Assembly (NCBI RefSeq): GCF_036365525.1
Contig: NC_090396.1
Location: 65,010,429 to 65,074,428, forward strand
Origin: Heterodontus francisci
Taxonomy: Eukaryota
Reading direction: 5' to 3'
DNA length: 64,000 nucleotides
Shown here: positions 50,901-60,075 of the stretch, piece by piece
Layout of the letters: every line of letters begins with the position of its first letter
How positions within the stretch are numbered: the first letter of the stretch is position 1
Translations under genes and position numbers: made by a program
Notes under the pieces: generated by a model
Databases searched by the model: none
Told to the model about the DNA's origin: nothing
The model's input: the letters and a program-made list of their open reading frames with translations, nothing else

Positions 50901-52002
50901 TTTCCTGTAATTGGGGAAAACTGATCGAATTTTAATCTGAGCCTGTGTTATGCATGCCCTGGGTGTCCTTGATGCTGACAATTATGGTTGAATGATGAGA
51001 GTTCCATTCCCTAACGAGATCAGCCCTTTCCTTGAGCACAAAGTTTCAAAAACTGGGGTAAAAGAGTGTGGGTTGCATTGTTAGTTGTTAGCTGTGTAAC
51101 TGTCTCTCCTCCCATTGCTGGGACTTCAGGTTTATAAATCTTGGGGCTACAGCTTTAAACTGGAATACTGGCTGCACATGCCTGGCAGAGGAGGGGGGTG
51201 TCCTATCTCAGGAAAAAGACGATTTATATTTGAATAGTGCCTTTCATGCCCTCTGGGCCTCTCAAAGCGCTTTACAGTGAATTAAGTACTTTTGAAGTGT
51301 AGTCAGTATTGCAATGTAGGCAAAGAGGCAGCCAGTTTGTGCACAGCAAGCTCCCACACACAATAATGTGATAATGATTCAGTAATCTGTTTTAGTAATG
51401 CTGGTTGAGGGATAAGTATTGGCCAGGTTGCCAGGGATAACTCCCCTGCTGGTCCTCGAATAGTGCCTTGAGATCTTCTATATCCACCTGAGAGAATAGA
51501 CGGGGCCACGGTTTAACTTCTCATCTGAATGATGGCAGCTCTGGCAGTGCTCAGGAAGTGCTGCACTGGAGTGTCAGCCTTGATTATATTCTTAACTCTG
51601 GGGTGGACGTGAACCCGTAACCTTCTGACTTGGGCCAGAGTGCTCCCCACTGATGCATCACCTGGCAGCTTCATTAGAAACTGGTGTTGAGTCTTAAAGT
51701 CACATCTGCACTGAGAGAATTCGGAAAAAGGACATGAAAGAACCATTCAGCTCATAGAAACTGTTTCTCTGTGGTATCCCAAATCTCCTGTTGTGATAGC
51801 CATGGCGCACGGTGTCTTAGCTTGATAAAAGAAACACAAAATGAGGAGTGGGTGGCAAGCAGCATGGCTGCATCTTAACTCTTTCCTTTCCTTCATTTTG
51901 CAGATGGCGCCCCCTGGAGCACCACCCCAGCAGCAGCAGCCACAACAGCAGATCCAGCAGCAGCAGCCAGGCTCCGAGGCACAGCTCATCTCGTTTGACT
52001 AA
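11879..52002 (+). CDS. HGS: Hepatocyte growth factor-regulated tyrosine kinase substrate (HGS/HRS, ESCRT-0), whole CDS span, 21 coding exons, 757 aa
   Basis: 21 exons join in phase (2274 nt): VHS (MGKGSGPFERLLDKATSQLLLETDW...), FYVE (WVDAEECHRC...RKHHCRACG...VRVCEPC), DUIM (EEEELQLAIALSQSEAEE), PSAP motif, coiled coil, Pro/Gln-rich tail and C-terminal LISFD clathrin box. Confidence 0.98.
12848..13225 (+). mobile_element. RTE-clade LINE 3' fragment
   Basis: Encodes RIPKDTLYSELVTGIRPTGRPCLRFKDVCKRDMKSC, typical of the RTE ORF C-terminus; ends in a GAA-repeat tail; second copy at 57137-57441 (minus). Confidence 0.75.
13460..13872 (+). mobile_element. CR1 LINE 3' fragment
   Basis: RATGHNLKIRARPLRREVRKLFMQRMLEVWNS plus the GGGCTGAATGGCCTGCTCCTGTTCCTATG tail. 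Confidence 0.7.
15366..15450 (+). CDS. HGS: HGS exon 2 (DKATSQLLLETDWESILQICDLIRQGDAQ; VHS)
   Basis: CAG acceptor, GTAAGT donor, 85 nt. Confidence 0.95.
17110..18535 (-). mobile_element. Degenerate LINE (CR1/L2-group) RT and 3' end
   Basis: ORF remnant WKIAQVCPFHKKQDKSNPANYCPISLLSIISKVMEG...QFG; same family as 33750-34465. Confidence 0.75.
19977..20052 (+). CDS. HGS: HGS exon 3 (AKYAVAAIKKKLNDKNPHVVLYTLE; VHS)
   Basis: TAG acceptor, GTGAGA donor, 76 nt. Confidence 0.95.
21450..21542 (+). CDS. HGS: HGS exon 4 (VLESVVKNCGQTVHDEVANKQTMEELKELFK; VHS)
   Basis: TAG acceptor, GTAGCT donor, 93 nt. Confidence 0.95.
23610..23733 (+). CDS. HGS: HGS exon 5 (KQTESNVRTKILQLIQAWAQAFRNEPKYKVVQDTYQIMKVE; VHS)
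   Basis: CAG acceptor, GTAAGA donor, 124 nt. Confidence 0.95.
25575..25969 (-). mobile_element. tRNA-derived SINE with a LINE-derived 3' tail, nested in the left arm
   Basis: Minus-strand head GGCGGTGGCGTAGTGGTA...; tail (plus strand CATGGGATGTGGGCATCGCTGGCTAGGCCAGCATTTATTGCCCATCCCTAATTGCCC) shared with the LINE copies at 17110 and 34400; second copy 32230-32645. Confidence 0.7.
26307..29826 (-). mobile_element. Young, 5'-truncated CR1 LINE: ORF1 esterase part, ORF2 (APE endonuclease + RT) and 3'UTR
   Basis: ORF1 remnant with SGNH/GDSL esterase motifs (VIGDSIVRG, HIGTND, DGLHLN); ORF2 N-terminus (YFNARSIRNK, ISETW) at 28947-29291; 855-aa continuation with GDLNFPNIDW, SDHN, GVPQGSVLGP and FADD. 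Confidence 0.95.
26392..28959 (-). CDS. CR1 ORF2 endonuclease/reverse transcriptase (main open segment, 855 aa)
   Basis: Uninterrupted ORF with the endonuclease C-terminal half and a complete RT; separated from its N-terminus by a frameshift in a 12-C run at 28959-28970. Confidence 0.85.
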   Translation of the reverse strand: MALLIKESITATERTFEDSSTEVVWAEVRNRRGEVTLLGVFYRPPNSSRDVEERIAKMILDRGESNRVVVMGDLNFPNIDWKYYSSSTLDGSVFVQCVQEGFLTQYVDRPTRGDATLDLVLGNEPGQVLDLDVGEHFGDSDHNSVRFTLAMGRDRYIPQGKNYSWGKGNYDAIRQDLGCVGWGRKLQGMGTIEMWSLFKEQLLCVLDKYVPVRQGGGCRAREPWFTKEVEALVKRKKAAYVRMRREGSVRALESYKLARKDLKGELRRARRGHEKSLVDRIRENPKAFYRYIRNRRMTRVRLGPIKDSSGKLCVESEEIGEVLNEYFASVFTVEKENVVENTEIQATRLDGIEVHKEEVLAILESVKIDKSPGPDGIYPRILWEAREEIAEPLSLIFMSSLSTGIVPEDWRIANVVPLFKKGSRDSPGNYRPVSLTSVVGKMLEKVIRDRIYNHLEKNKFIRDSQHGFVTGRSCLTNLIEFFEKVTKQVDEGKAVDVAYMDFNKAFDKVPHGRLLQKIRKYGVEGDLELWIRNWLAERRQRVVVDGKCSSWSLVTSGVPQGSVLGPLLFVIFINDLEEGVEGWVSKFADDTKVGGVVDSAEGCCRVQRDIDRLQSWAERWQMEFNAEKCEVIHFGRSNRNAEYWANGKILGSVDEQRDLGAQVHKSLKVATQVNRAVKKAYGVLAFISRGIEFRSHEVMLQLYKTLVRPHLEYCVQFWSPHYRKDVEAMERVQRRFTRMLPGMEGRSYEERLRDLRLFSLERRRRRGDLIETYKIIRGLDRVDSECLFPRMVMANTRGHSFKLRGDRYRTDVRGSFFTQRVVRAWNALPAAVVDSPTLRAFKWSLDRHMDENGIV
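31704..31756 (+). CDS. HGS: HGS exon 6 (GNTFPEFKESDAMFVSER)
   Basis: CAG acceptor, GTAAGA donor, 53 nt. Confidence 0.94.
32754..32822 (+). CDS. HGS: HGS exon 7 (APDWVDAEECHRCRVQFGVVTRK; FYVE)
   Basis: CAG acceptor, GTAAGA donor, 69 nt. Confidence 0.95.
33198..33322 (+). CDS. HGS: HGS exon 8 (HHCRACGQIFCGKCSSKSSTIPKFGIEKEVRVCEPCFEQLN; FYVE)
   Basis: CAG acceptor, GTTAGT donor, 125 nt. Confidence 0.95.
33750..34465 (+). mobile_element. LINE 3' fragment (same family as 17110-18535)
   Basis: ORF remnants ILWVTIDQKLNWSSHINTVATRAGQRLGILRR...YKAQVRSVMEYS; A-rich 3' end. Confidence 0.75.
35197..35425. mobile_element. Short Penelope-like foldback element with hammerhead-like motifs at the hairpin centre
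   Basis: ~95-bp inverted arms centred near 35292; same family as the 25.3/29.9 kb arms; (C/T)TGATGA-A-AGGTC-ACA-GACCT-GAAAC on both strands. Confidence 0.7.
37686..37770 (+). CDS. HGS: HGS exon 9 (KSEVKPTASAPVDLPPEYLTSPLSQQSQ)
   Basis: CAG acceptor, GTAAGC donor, 85 nt. Confidence 0.94.
38430..39145 (-). mobile_element. CR1 LINE 3' fragment
   Basis: ORFs 38769..39137 (KANGMLAFIARGLEYR...LVRPHLQYCVQFWSP) and 38513..38812 plus the CR1 tail. Confidence 0.85.
39201..39299 (+). CDS. HGS: HGS exon 10 (LPPKRDEAALQEEEELQLAIALSQSEAEEKERM; double-sided UIM)
   Basis: CAG acceptor, GTGAGT donor, 99 nt. Confidence 0.95.
40018..40113 (+). CDS. HGS: HGS exon 11 (RQKNTYSLYPKTDPTPVTSSAPPVSSLYSSPV)
   Basis: CAG acceptor, GTAAGA donor, 96 nt. 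Confidence 0.93.
40741..40779 (+). CDS. HGS: HGS exon 12 (NSSAPTAEEIDPE)
   Basis: CAG acceptor, GTAAAG donor, 39 nt. Confidence 0.92.
40890..41033 (+). CDS. HGS: HGS exon 13 (LARYLNRNYWEKKQEEVRKSPTPSAPV...VVE; PSAP TSG101-binding motif)
   Basis: AAG acceptor, GTAAAT donor, 144 nt. Confidence 0.94.
41151..41364 (+). CDS. HGS: HGS exon 14 (QQYQNGESEENHDQFLKALQ...LDEKR)
   Basis: Tandem CAG acceptors (ttcag CAG CAG), GTGAGT donor, 214 nt. Confidence 0.94.
43204..43376 (+). CDS. HGS: HGS exon 15 (LYYEGLQDKLAQIRDARGAL...MRQKKQ; coiled coil)
   Basis: CAG acceptor, GTATGT donor, 173 nt. Confidence 0.95.
44255..44395 (+). CDS. HGS: HGS exon 16 (EYLEMQRQLAIQRLQEQEKERQ...PYAQ)
   Basis: CAG acceptor, GTTAGA donor, 141 nt. 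Confidence 0.95.
45335..45512 (+). CDS. HGS: HGS exon 17 (LQSMPPASGVMYQPAGPTSFPGTFSPAGSVEGSPMH...)
   Basis: TAG acceptor, GTGAGG donor, 178 nt. Confidence 0.93.
46825..46958 (+). CDS. HGS: HGS exon 18 (DPNMVNPYIYQPAAPT...QPTPTQNYQ), ends at a GC donor
   Basis: TAG acceptor; CAG|GCAAGG donor gives the in-frame YQ|NV junction; 134 nt. Confidence 0.87.
47855..49722 (+). repeat. GT-rich minisatellite, 44-bp unit CAGGTGCCTGCTCTGGCTCTCTGTCCGTGTGTGTTTGTGTGTGT with 42- and 32-bp variants
   Basis: About 40-45 directly visible tandem copies in HGS intron 18. Confidence 0.97.
49753..49866 (+). CDS. HGS: HGS exon 19 (NVVSQAQSGALPQPPQSGGLGYMGSQSVPMGYQPYNMQ)
   Basis: CAG acceptor, GTAGGC donor, 114 nt. 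Confidence 0.94.
50324..50419 (+). CDS. HGS: HGS exon 20 (NMMSALPAQDPAMSNLPPQQSYLPAQQPMYQQ)
   Basis: CAG acceptor, GTAGGA donor, 96 nt. Confidence 0.93.
50655..50791. mobile_element. Miniature Penelope-like foldback insertion with a 14-bp target-site duplication
   Basis: Inverted arms AAAAACAAGAAATGCTGGATTCACTCAGCAGGTCTGGCA / TGCCAGACCTGCTGAGTGAATCCAGCATTTCTTGTTTTT; TCTCTAATGTTGAC at 50641-50654 and 50792-50805. Confidence 0.75.
51904..52002 (+). CDS. HGS: HGS exon 21, terminal (MAPPGAPPQQQQ...GSEAQLISFD*)
   Basis: CAG acceptor; ends with the clathrin box LISFD and TAA at 52000-52002. Confidence 0.96.
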   Translation: MAPPGAPPQQQQPQQQIQQQQPGSEAQLISFD

Positions 52003-54184
52003 CCTCTCTTAGGGGGGAGGGGGTGGGGGTCACCCTCACGCTGGGGAGTCACGTTGACAGTAAATTATTGGAGGGGACCGAGGAAAGAAATTGGGTCTGT
52101 ATGGTACCACTTGTTGGATTAACATTTCAGATACATACCAGCTTTCATAAACTTCCTGATCCTTTTGAAAGGCTCATGTGGGTTTGACTGCCGACTGATG
52201 ATCTCCAATTGCACTGTGCATCATCTTGGTGTGAACTGTCGTGTTTGAGAGAGTGAAGAAACGGCCCATTCTGATAATCATTCAAGACACTAAATTTCAG
52301 CTGGCGCGCAGTTGATGCAATGTAACTACTGGGGACAGTTTTGAACTGCAGGGAGTTTTGTGAGAGTACAGACGGGTACTTAGTTGGGATTTCCTTTTTA
52401 GAGTATTTTCACTTTTCTCCCTCCCCGCCTCCACACTCATTTTGCAAACAGAAGTGGCTGCCACACTCACATTGTTTTAATCCATACCATTGGACCACAT
52501 GTGCTGTTAGATGCCTTTTCACTGAGTCATGTAATGTGGTCATTGGAGGTAGGTTGTGCTCTTAATCCCCATTTACTTAAGCTGCTTTTTGTAACCGTTT
52601 GTTAATTACTTATATGGTAGGCATTTTTGTTGTGACTGGCAATTCCACCCCAGCCCACAGTATTTTCTTCCCTTCTCTCCTTCAGGCACTGAGGTATATT
52701 TCTGCGGTCCCAGCACCCTCTGGTACCTTGTGTAGGTGGCCTCTCAGCATGTAAACCCAGGGATGGTCTTTCAGAGGAAATGTTAAACCAAGGCCCTGTC
52801 TGCCTTCTCAGCTGGATGTAAAAGATCCCCTGGCAGTATTTTGAAGAACAGTAGGGGAGTTATCTCCGAAGCCCTGGCCAATAATATCCCTCAATCAATA
52901 TAATTAAAAAATTATCTGATCATTTATCTCACTGCTCTTTGTGGGGAGCTTGCTGTGTGCAAATTGGCTGCCATGTTTCTTACAATACAGCTGTGACTAT
53001 ACTTCAAAGGTAATTAATTGGTTTTAAAGTGCTTCGAGATGTCCTGAGGCCACGAAAGGCGCCATATAATTGGGAGTCTTTTTTTCCCTCCCCATTGTTT
53101 GCTTCAGTGGAGAGTAAAATTGGACGGGGTGTAACCAGCTTTGCACCCAATCTTGTCAGTTTCCACGACAGTTGGGTGAGGTTAAAATTCTCGCCCCAGA
53201 GTTTCAGCAGCTGGCTTACCTGCAACACAGTGGGGGGGGGGGAATCGCAGCTGTCGTCAAGTGGCGTCTATGTGATAACCTAATTGCCGGATAGAAAAAC
53301 ATATCTTATACTTCTTTCCTCTTCCCTCTCCCACCCCACCCCCACTCCCCTATTTGCAGGGGTGCTGCACCATGCACACAGTCAACTTTCCTAGCTTCCT
53401 CTATCTGGGTTGTACTGCAATGGTGTGTATGAGTCTGGTGCCAAACTAAGCATAGAGGAAAGTGCCAGATAACTGAAGAATTATCTGCTTGATCGGCAAG
53501 CCTGTAACAGTGCCTGGGCAGAGCAAGATACTTGCATTTTACAGAACTAAGGAACATAAGCCTCACTAGCTGGGTAGGTGCCACCTCTGATCAATTCAAG
53601 GATACAGATTCATTTCATGCGTGTCCAAATATACAGACTGGCGGACACAGCAGCTATTCACCAGTCTTGCTCCGTAAATCAGCTGGGAAAACCACCGGTG
53701 GCCATATCGGGACTAGTCCCAGTGTCAGCCCCCGTTATTTTTTAACCCCGTATTTGGAGTGCTCCCATCTGTAAGCTGTTAGCTGTTGTCCTGGTGAAAC
53801 AAGTCAAACTTTTGTCTAAATTAGTGAGGTTTATATGTCTCAAACATTTTGCTACTGGGCTGCTTGCTAAAATTCATTCGAGTCAGCCAGTAAAACCACA
53901 AGAGGTAGCACTGCCTGTGTCCAAACGCTTGATTTTTTTTTGAAAGGCAGGACGTTGGAGACAATACAAGAGTCCAAAAATGGACCACCTAGAGGCTCTG
54001 CTCATTAAACTGCCTGCTTCTCGATTGTCGGTTCCCCTTTTTCCTTTGCTTCTTAAAACAAAGAGCTGAATGCAACAACAGAGAAATGTTTTTAAAACCT
54101 CAGGAGGGTTGATGAAGACGGAGCGACCATGACAATTGGTACAAGTTCATTCAAAAATTGTTTGTGACTGTTCGTCCGTTAAGC

Positions 54185-54188
<4 letters not shown>

Positions 54189-54216
<28 letters not shown>
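54189..54216 (+). repeat. (GT)14 microsatellite
   Basis: Directly visible. Confidence 0.9.
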
Positions 54217-54812
54217 CTGTCTGAGAGGCTACAGATTCAGGCTGAACTATACAGAGTTGCCAACTTTAATTAGAAACCCATTTCTCTGAGCTAAGTAACA
54301 GGCGGACATTGTATTTGGCTGTGTAGATTAACTGCTTGCCGACCTCTGCCATATACTACTCTCACCATTGGAGTTGCAGTGGAAGTTATTGACCTCCATG
54401 AACTGTTGCTGCCTCATAACCAGGCCTGATAGAATGAAACTTAATTGGTAACTGTCCTCCATATAACAGATTGTATATTGTGTAGTCATTCTCTGGTGTA
54501 TATTCATGTTCTTTGGAACATAAACAAATGTTTAATTTAAAAGAACTCACATCTTCATAAGTAGGGTGTGCGTGTTTAAAATGAAAATTGTCTATTCATT
54601 TGCAGTATAATACTCTACAGGATAACTTGCATTGCTGTGGTTTGGGTAAATGGGGTACAGGTTTATCCTATCTTTATCCTGGTGTCAGTAAGACACTGGA
54701 CGTGCATGTTCTGTTATACTCTAAATGAATGTGTCTCTATCTTGTGTTTTTCCTCGATACATCATTGTTCAGCTTTCCTCACCTTTTCAGCTAATTTTAA
54801 AACCATATATTT

Positions 54813-54818
54813 AATAAA
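54813..54818 (+). terminator. Candidate HGS polyadenylation signal AATAAA
   Basis: AATAAA followed by T/GT-rich sequence at the end of an AT-rich 3'UTR-like stretch; would give a ~2.8 kb 3'UTR. Inference only. Confidence 0.4.
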
Positions 54819-55837
54819 CTTTTTTTCCCTTCATATTGTTTTACTCCCATGGAATCAGTGTGTGTTTTAATTGAGGAATTTTTTTTTAACACTAGTTATG
54901 ATCTGGAATGTACTGCCTGAAAGGGAAGCTGATTCAGTAATAACTTTCAAAAGGGAATTGGATAAATACGTGAAGGGGAAAATTTTGCATGGCTGTGGGG
55001 AAAGAGCAGGGGAGTGAGACTAACTGGATAATTCTTTCAAAGAGCTGGCACAGGCATGGTGGGTCGAATGGCCGCCTCTTGTGCTGTGATGTTCTATGAT
55101 TTTGTCTGATCATCTTCCAATTCCAAGAGCCTTATGCAGGTGTATAAGGCAGCTAACAAGAATACCAGGTGCAGTGGGTTGCTGGGATGGGTCAAGGCGC
55201 TGGACTCCAAACAGATGGATGCTGGGGAGATGATAGTGTTGACATTTGAAGGATAAGATGACATGGACTGAAAAGCTCTCTTTGTCTGAATATTTTAAAA
55301 TGAGGCTGCATTAATATGAGGAAAGTTTTTTTTTTTAATAACTTGATGATTAAAGCAAAGTTTACAGAAAAATAACTAGCTTTTCTAATATATCCCTGAT
55401 GTAAAACTTTGAGATCCAGCCCAAGCTAAACAAACTGCAGAGCAGCTGTCGCAAGGCTGTAGGGCGTGATGAAATAGACCAGTTGGGCCAAATAGTGTGA
55501 TTCTACACTGACATCAGGAAGCCTTGAGAGTCATCGCGAGAGCCAACTCGCTTTGAACAATACAGCAAACCACAAGAATTAAGATCAATATCCCTGAAGC
55601 TTATCTGACTACCTTCCTACCTGCTTTGAAACCCCAATTTATGTGTGTGTCTCTTCTCCTTCCTCCACAAATTTTCACTTTATTAACCATTCTGATTACA
55701 CTGAGTAGGGCAGGATACAAATGCAGGGTTAAGTATGTGCGCCTTGGATTACAAATGGTTCTTGGTCATTCTGCACATCAAACTTGAGTTTAAAACAAAA
55801 GATACTTCCAGTGAAAACTTGTAAGCTTCTCTCTCTC

Positions 55838-57441
55838 TCATAGAAACATAGAAAATAGGAGCAGGAGTAGGCCATTCGGCCCTTCGAGCCTGCTCTGCCA
55901 TTCATTATGATCATGGCTGATCATCCAACTCAGTAGCCTGTTCCTGCTTTCGCCCCATACCCTTTGATCCCTTTAGACCCAAGAGCTATATCTAACTCCT
56001 CCTTGAAAACATACAATGTTTTGGCCTCAACTGCTTTCTGTGGTAGCGAATTCCCCAGGCTCCCCACTCTCTGGGTGAAGAAATTTCTCCTCATCTCAGT
56101 CCTGAAAGGTTTACCGCGTATCAAAGAACAGTACAGCACAGGAACAGGCCATTCGGCCCTCCAGGCCTGCGCCGATCTTGATGCCTGCCGAAACTAACAC
56201 CTTCTGCACTTCCGGGGAACGTATCCCTCTATTCCCTTCCTATTCATATATTTGTCAAGATGTCTCTTAAACGTTGCTATCGTATCTGCTTCCACCACCT
56301 CCCCTGGCAGCAAGTTCCAGGCACTCACCACCCTCTGTGTAAAAAAAAAAAAAAAAAACTTGCCTCGCACATCCCCTCTAAACTTTGCCCCTCGCACCTT
56401 AAACCTATGTCCCCTAGTAACTGACTCTTCCACCCTGGGAAAAAGCTTCTGACTATCCACTCTTGTCAATGCCGCTCATAACTTTGTAAACCTCTATCAT
56501 GTCGCCCCTCCACCTCTGTCGTTCCAGTGAAAACAATCCGAGTTTTTCCAACCTCTCCTCATAGCTAATGCCCTCCAGACCAGGCAACATCCTGGTAAAC
56601 CTCCTCTGTACCCTCTCCAAAGCCTCCACGTTCTTCTGGTAGTGTGGCGACCAGAATTGCACACAATATTCTAAGTGTGGCCTAACTAAGGTTCTGTACA
56701 GCTGCAACATGACTTGCCAATTTTTATACTCTATGCCCCGACCGATGAAGGCAAGCATGCCGAATGCCTTCTTGACTACCTTATCCACCTGCTTTGCCAC
56801 TTTCAGTGACCTGTGGACCTGTACGCCCAGATCTCTCTGCCTGTCAATACTCCTAAGGGTTCTGCCATTTACTGTATACCTCCCACCTGCATTAGACCTT
56901 CCAAAATGCATGACCTCACATTTGTCCGGATTAAACTCCATCTGCCATTTCTCTGCCCAAGTCTCCAACTGATCTATATCCTGCTGTATCCTCTGACAAT
57001 CCTCATCATTATCCGCAACTCCACCAACCTTTGTGTCGTCCGCAAACTTACTAATCAGACCAGCTACGTTTTCCTCCAAATCATTTATATATACTACAAA
57101 CAGCAAACGTCCCAGCACTGATCCCTGCGGAACACCTCTGTCTTTTTTCCTGCCAACTACTAAGTCTCTTCGACTCGCCACAATTTAGCCCTGTCTTTAT
57201 GGCTGCCCGCCAGCTCTGGCGAATGCTGGCAACTGACTCCCACGACTTGTGATCAATGTCACACGATTTCATGTCGCGTTTGCAGACGTCTTTATAACGG
57301 AGACATGGACGGCCGGTGGGTCTGATACCAGTGGCGAGCTCGCTGTACAATGTGTCTTTGGGGATCCTGCCATCTTCCATGCGGCTCACATGGCCAAGCC
57401 ATCTCAAGCGCCGCTGACTCAGTAGTGTGTATAAGCTGGGG
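55838..57441 (-). mobile_element. Composite of an RTE fragment (57137-57441), a CR1 3' RT fragment (56123-57136) and a second CR1 tail (55838-56122)
   Basis: ORF 57081..57407 is RTE-like (RWLGHVSRMEDGRIPKDTLYSEL); ORF 56453..57181 is CR1 RT (GVPQGSVLG...KFADDTKVGG); two separate CR1 3' tails. Confidence 0.8.
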
Positions 57442-57554
57442 CATGATGCAACTGTGCACTAGATATCACTAACAATAAATAAAACTTGAAAAGGCACAAC
57501 AAGTCAGTCTGCACCTGAAAGACAAAGATTGTTGCAACATGGATGAACTGTATA

Positions 57555-59685
57555 TAAAACCCCTCCCTGCTGCATTGATGGGTATAAACTCCCTCCCTGT
57601 TCCATTAACGGGTATAAACCCTCTCCCTGCTGCATTGATGGGTATAAACCCCCTCCCTCCCTGCTGCATTGATGAGTATAAACCCCCTCCCTCCCTGCTG
57701 CATTGATGGGTATAAACCCCCTCCCTGCTGCATTGATGGGTATAAACCCCCCTCCCTGCTGCATTTATGGGTATAAACCCCCTCCCTGCTGCATTGATGG
57801 GTATAAACCCCCTCCCTGCTGCATTGATGGGTACAAACCCCCTCCCTGCTGCATTGATGGGTCTAAACCCCCCTCCCTGCTGCATTTATGGGTACTAAAC
57901 CCCTCCCTGCTGCATTGATGGGTACTATACCCCTCCCTGCTGCATTGATGGGTATTAACCCCCTCCCTGCTGCATTGATGGGTACAAACCCCCTCCCTGC
58001 TGCATTGATGTTTACTAACCCCCTCCCTGTTGCATTGATGGGTATTAACCCCCTCCCTGTTGCATTGATGGGTATAAACCCCCTCCCAGTTGCATTGATG
58101 GGTATTAACCCCCTCCCTGCTGCATTGATGGGTACTAACGCTGTCCCTGCTGCATTGATGGGTATTAACCCCCTCCCTGCTGCATTGATGGGTACAAACC
58201 CCCTCCCTGCTGCATTGATGGGTACGAACCCCCTCCCTGTTGCATTGATGGGTATAAACCCCCTCCCAGTTGCATTGATGGGTATTAACCCCCTCCCTGC
58301 TGCATTGATGGGTACTAACGCTGTCCCTGCTGCATTGATGGGTATTAACCCCCTCCCTGCTGCATTGATGGGTACAAACCCCCTCCCTGCTGCATTGATG
58401 GGTACGAACCCCCTCCCTGTTGCATTGATGGGTACAAACCCCCTCCCTGCTGCATTGATGGGTATTAACCCCCTCCCTGCTGCATTGATGGGTATTAACC
58501 CCCTCCCTGCTGCATTGATGGGTACTAACCCCCTCCCTGCTGCATTGATGGGTATTAACCCCCTCCCTGTTGCATTAATGGGTATAAACCCCCTCCCTGT
58601 TGCATTGATGGGTATTAACCCCCTCCCTGTTGCATTGATGGGTATTAACCCCCTCCCTGTTGCATTGATGTTTACTAACCCACTCCCTGTTGCATTGATG
58701 GGTATTAACTCCCTCCCTGTTGCATTGATGGGTATTAACCCCCTCCCTGCTGCATTGAAGGGTACTAACCCCCTCCCTGCTGCATTGATGGGTACAAACC
58801 CCCTCCCTGCTGCATTGATGGGTACTAACCCCCTCCCTGTTGCATTGATGGGTACAAACCCCCTCCCTGCTGCATTGATGGGTATTAACCCCCTCCCTGC
58901 TGCATTGATGGATACTAACCCCCTCCCTGCTGCATTGATGGGTACTAAACCCCTCCCTGCTGCATTGATGGGTATTAACCCCCTCCCTGTTGCATTGATG
59001 GGTATTAGCCCCCTCCCTGCTGCATTGATGGGTACTAACCCCCTCCCTGCTGCATTGATGGGTATTAATCCCCTCCCTGCTGCATTGATGGGTACTAACC
59101 CCCTCCCTGCTGCATTGATGGGTATAAACCCCCTCCCTGTTGCATTGATGGGTACAAACCCCCTCCCTGCTGCATTGATGGGTAGTAACCCCCTCCCTGC
59201 TGCATCGATGGTTACTAACCCTCTCCCTGCTGCATTGATGGGTACTAACCCCCTCCCTGCTGCATCGATGGGTATTAACCCCCTCCCTGCTGCATTGATG
59301 GGTACTAACCCCCTCCCTGCTGTATTGATGGGTAGTAACCCCCTCCCTGCTGCATCGATGGGTATTAACCCCCTCCCTGCTGCATTGATGGTTACTAACC
59401 CCCTCCCTGCTGCATCGATGGGTATTAACCCCCTCCCTGCTGCATCGATGGGTACTAACCCCCTCCCTGCTGCATTGATGGGTACTAACCCCCTCCCTGC
59501 TGCATTGATGGGTACTAACCCCCTCCCTGCTGCATCGATGGGTATTAACCCCCTCCCTGCTGCATTGATGGTTACTAACCCCCTCCCTGCTGCATCGATG
59601 GGTATTAACCCCCTCCCTGCTGCATCGATGGGTATTAACCCCCTCCCTGCTGCATCGATGGGTACTAACCCCCTCCCTGCTGCAC
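57555..59685. repeat. 30-bp minisatellite CCCCTCCCTGCTGCATTGATGGGTATTAAC, ~70 copies
   Basis: Directly visible; register is exactly 30 bp from ~57890 onward. Confidence 0.97.
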
Positions 59686-60075
59686 TAAACTGCCTCACCC
59701 TCTCCCCCGCTTTGCTCCTTGTTAATAAAGCTAAATTGGTTGCTGGCAGCGCGCTGCCTGTTGGGTAGGTCAGGCTGTGGAGGTCACCAGGCTCCGCCCC
59801 GCCCGCCATTGCTCCATGTGCCGGCCGCTGTCCGCCGGGGAGATGCTGGCGGCGCTGGGGAGAGGGACGGGACCAGCCCGGGGACTGCTCAGGTACAGGG
59901 GTAGCGGGCATTGGTCTCGGTGCGTTGGGTCGGTACGCTGACGGGCGGGTAGACCGAGGAGGGAGACCGGGGCCGCATTCTCTTCCTCCCCCTCCTGGAA
60001 CCGAATCCGGTTCCGCCCGCGCCTCCCGCCACCTGGTCTGCCGACAACCCTCTTCCCCGGGGGGCCTTGCCCCCC
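59686..60075 (+). promoter_or_regulatory. MRPL12 CpG-island promoter / first-exon region
   Basis: CpG-rich; GC boxes (CTCCGCCCCGCCC ~59792-59804) and a YY1-like CCGCCATT just upstream of the ATG. Confidence 0.6.
59843..59892 (+). CDS. MRPL12: MRPL12 exon 1 ([16 protein letters not shown]; targeting peptide)
   Basis: ATG in a CpG-rich region; AG|GTACAG phase-2 donor fits exon 2; low-conservation sequence, so boundaries are less certain. Confidence 0.7.
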
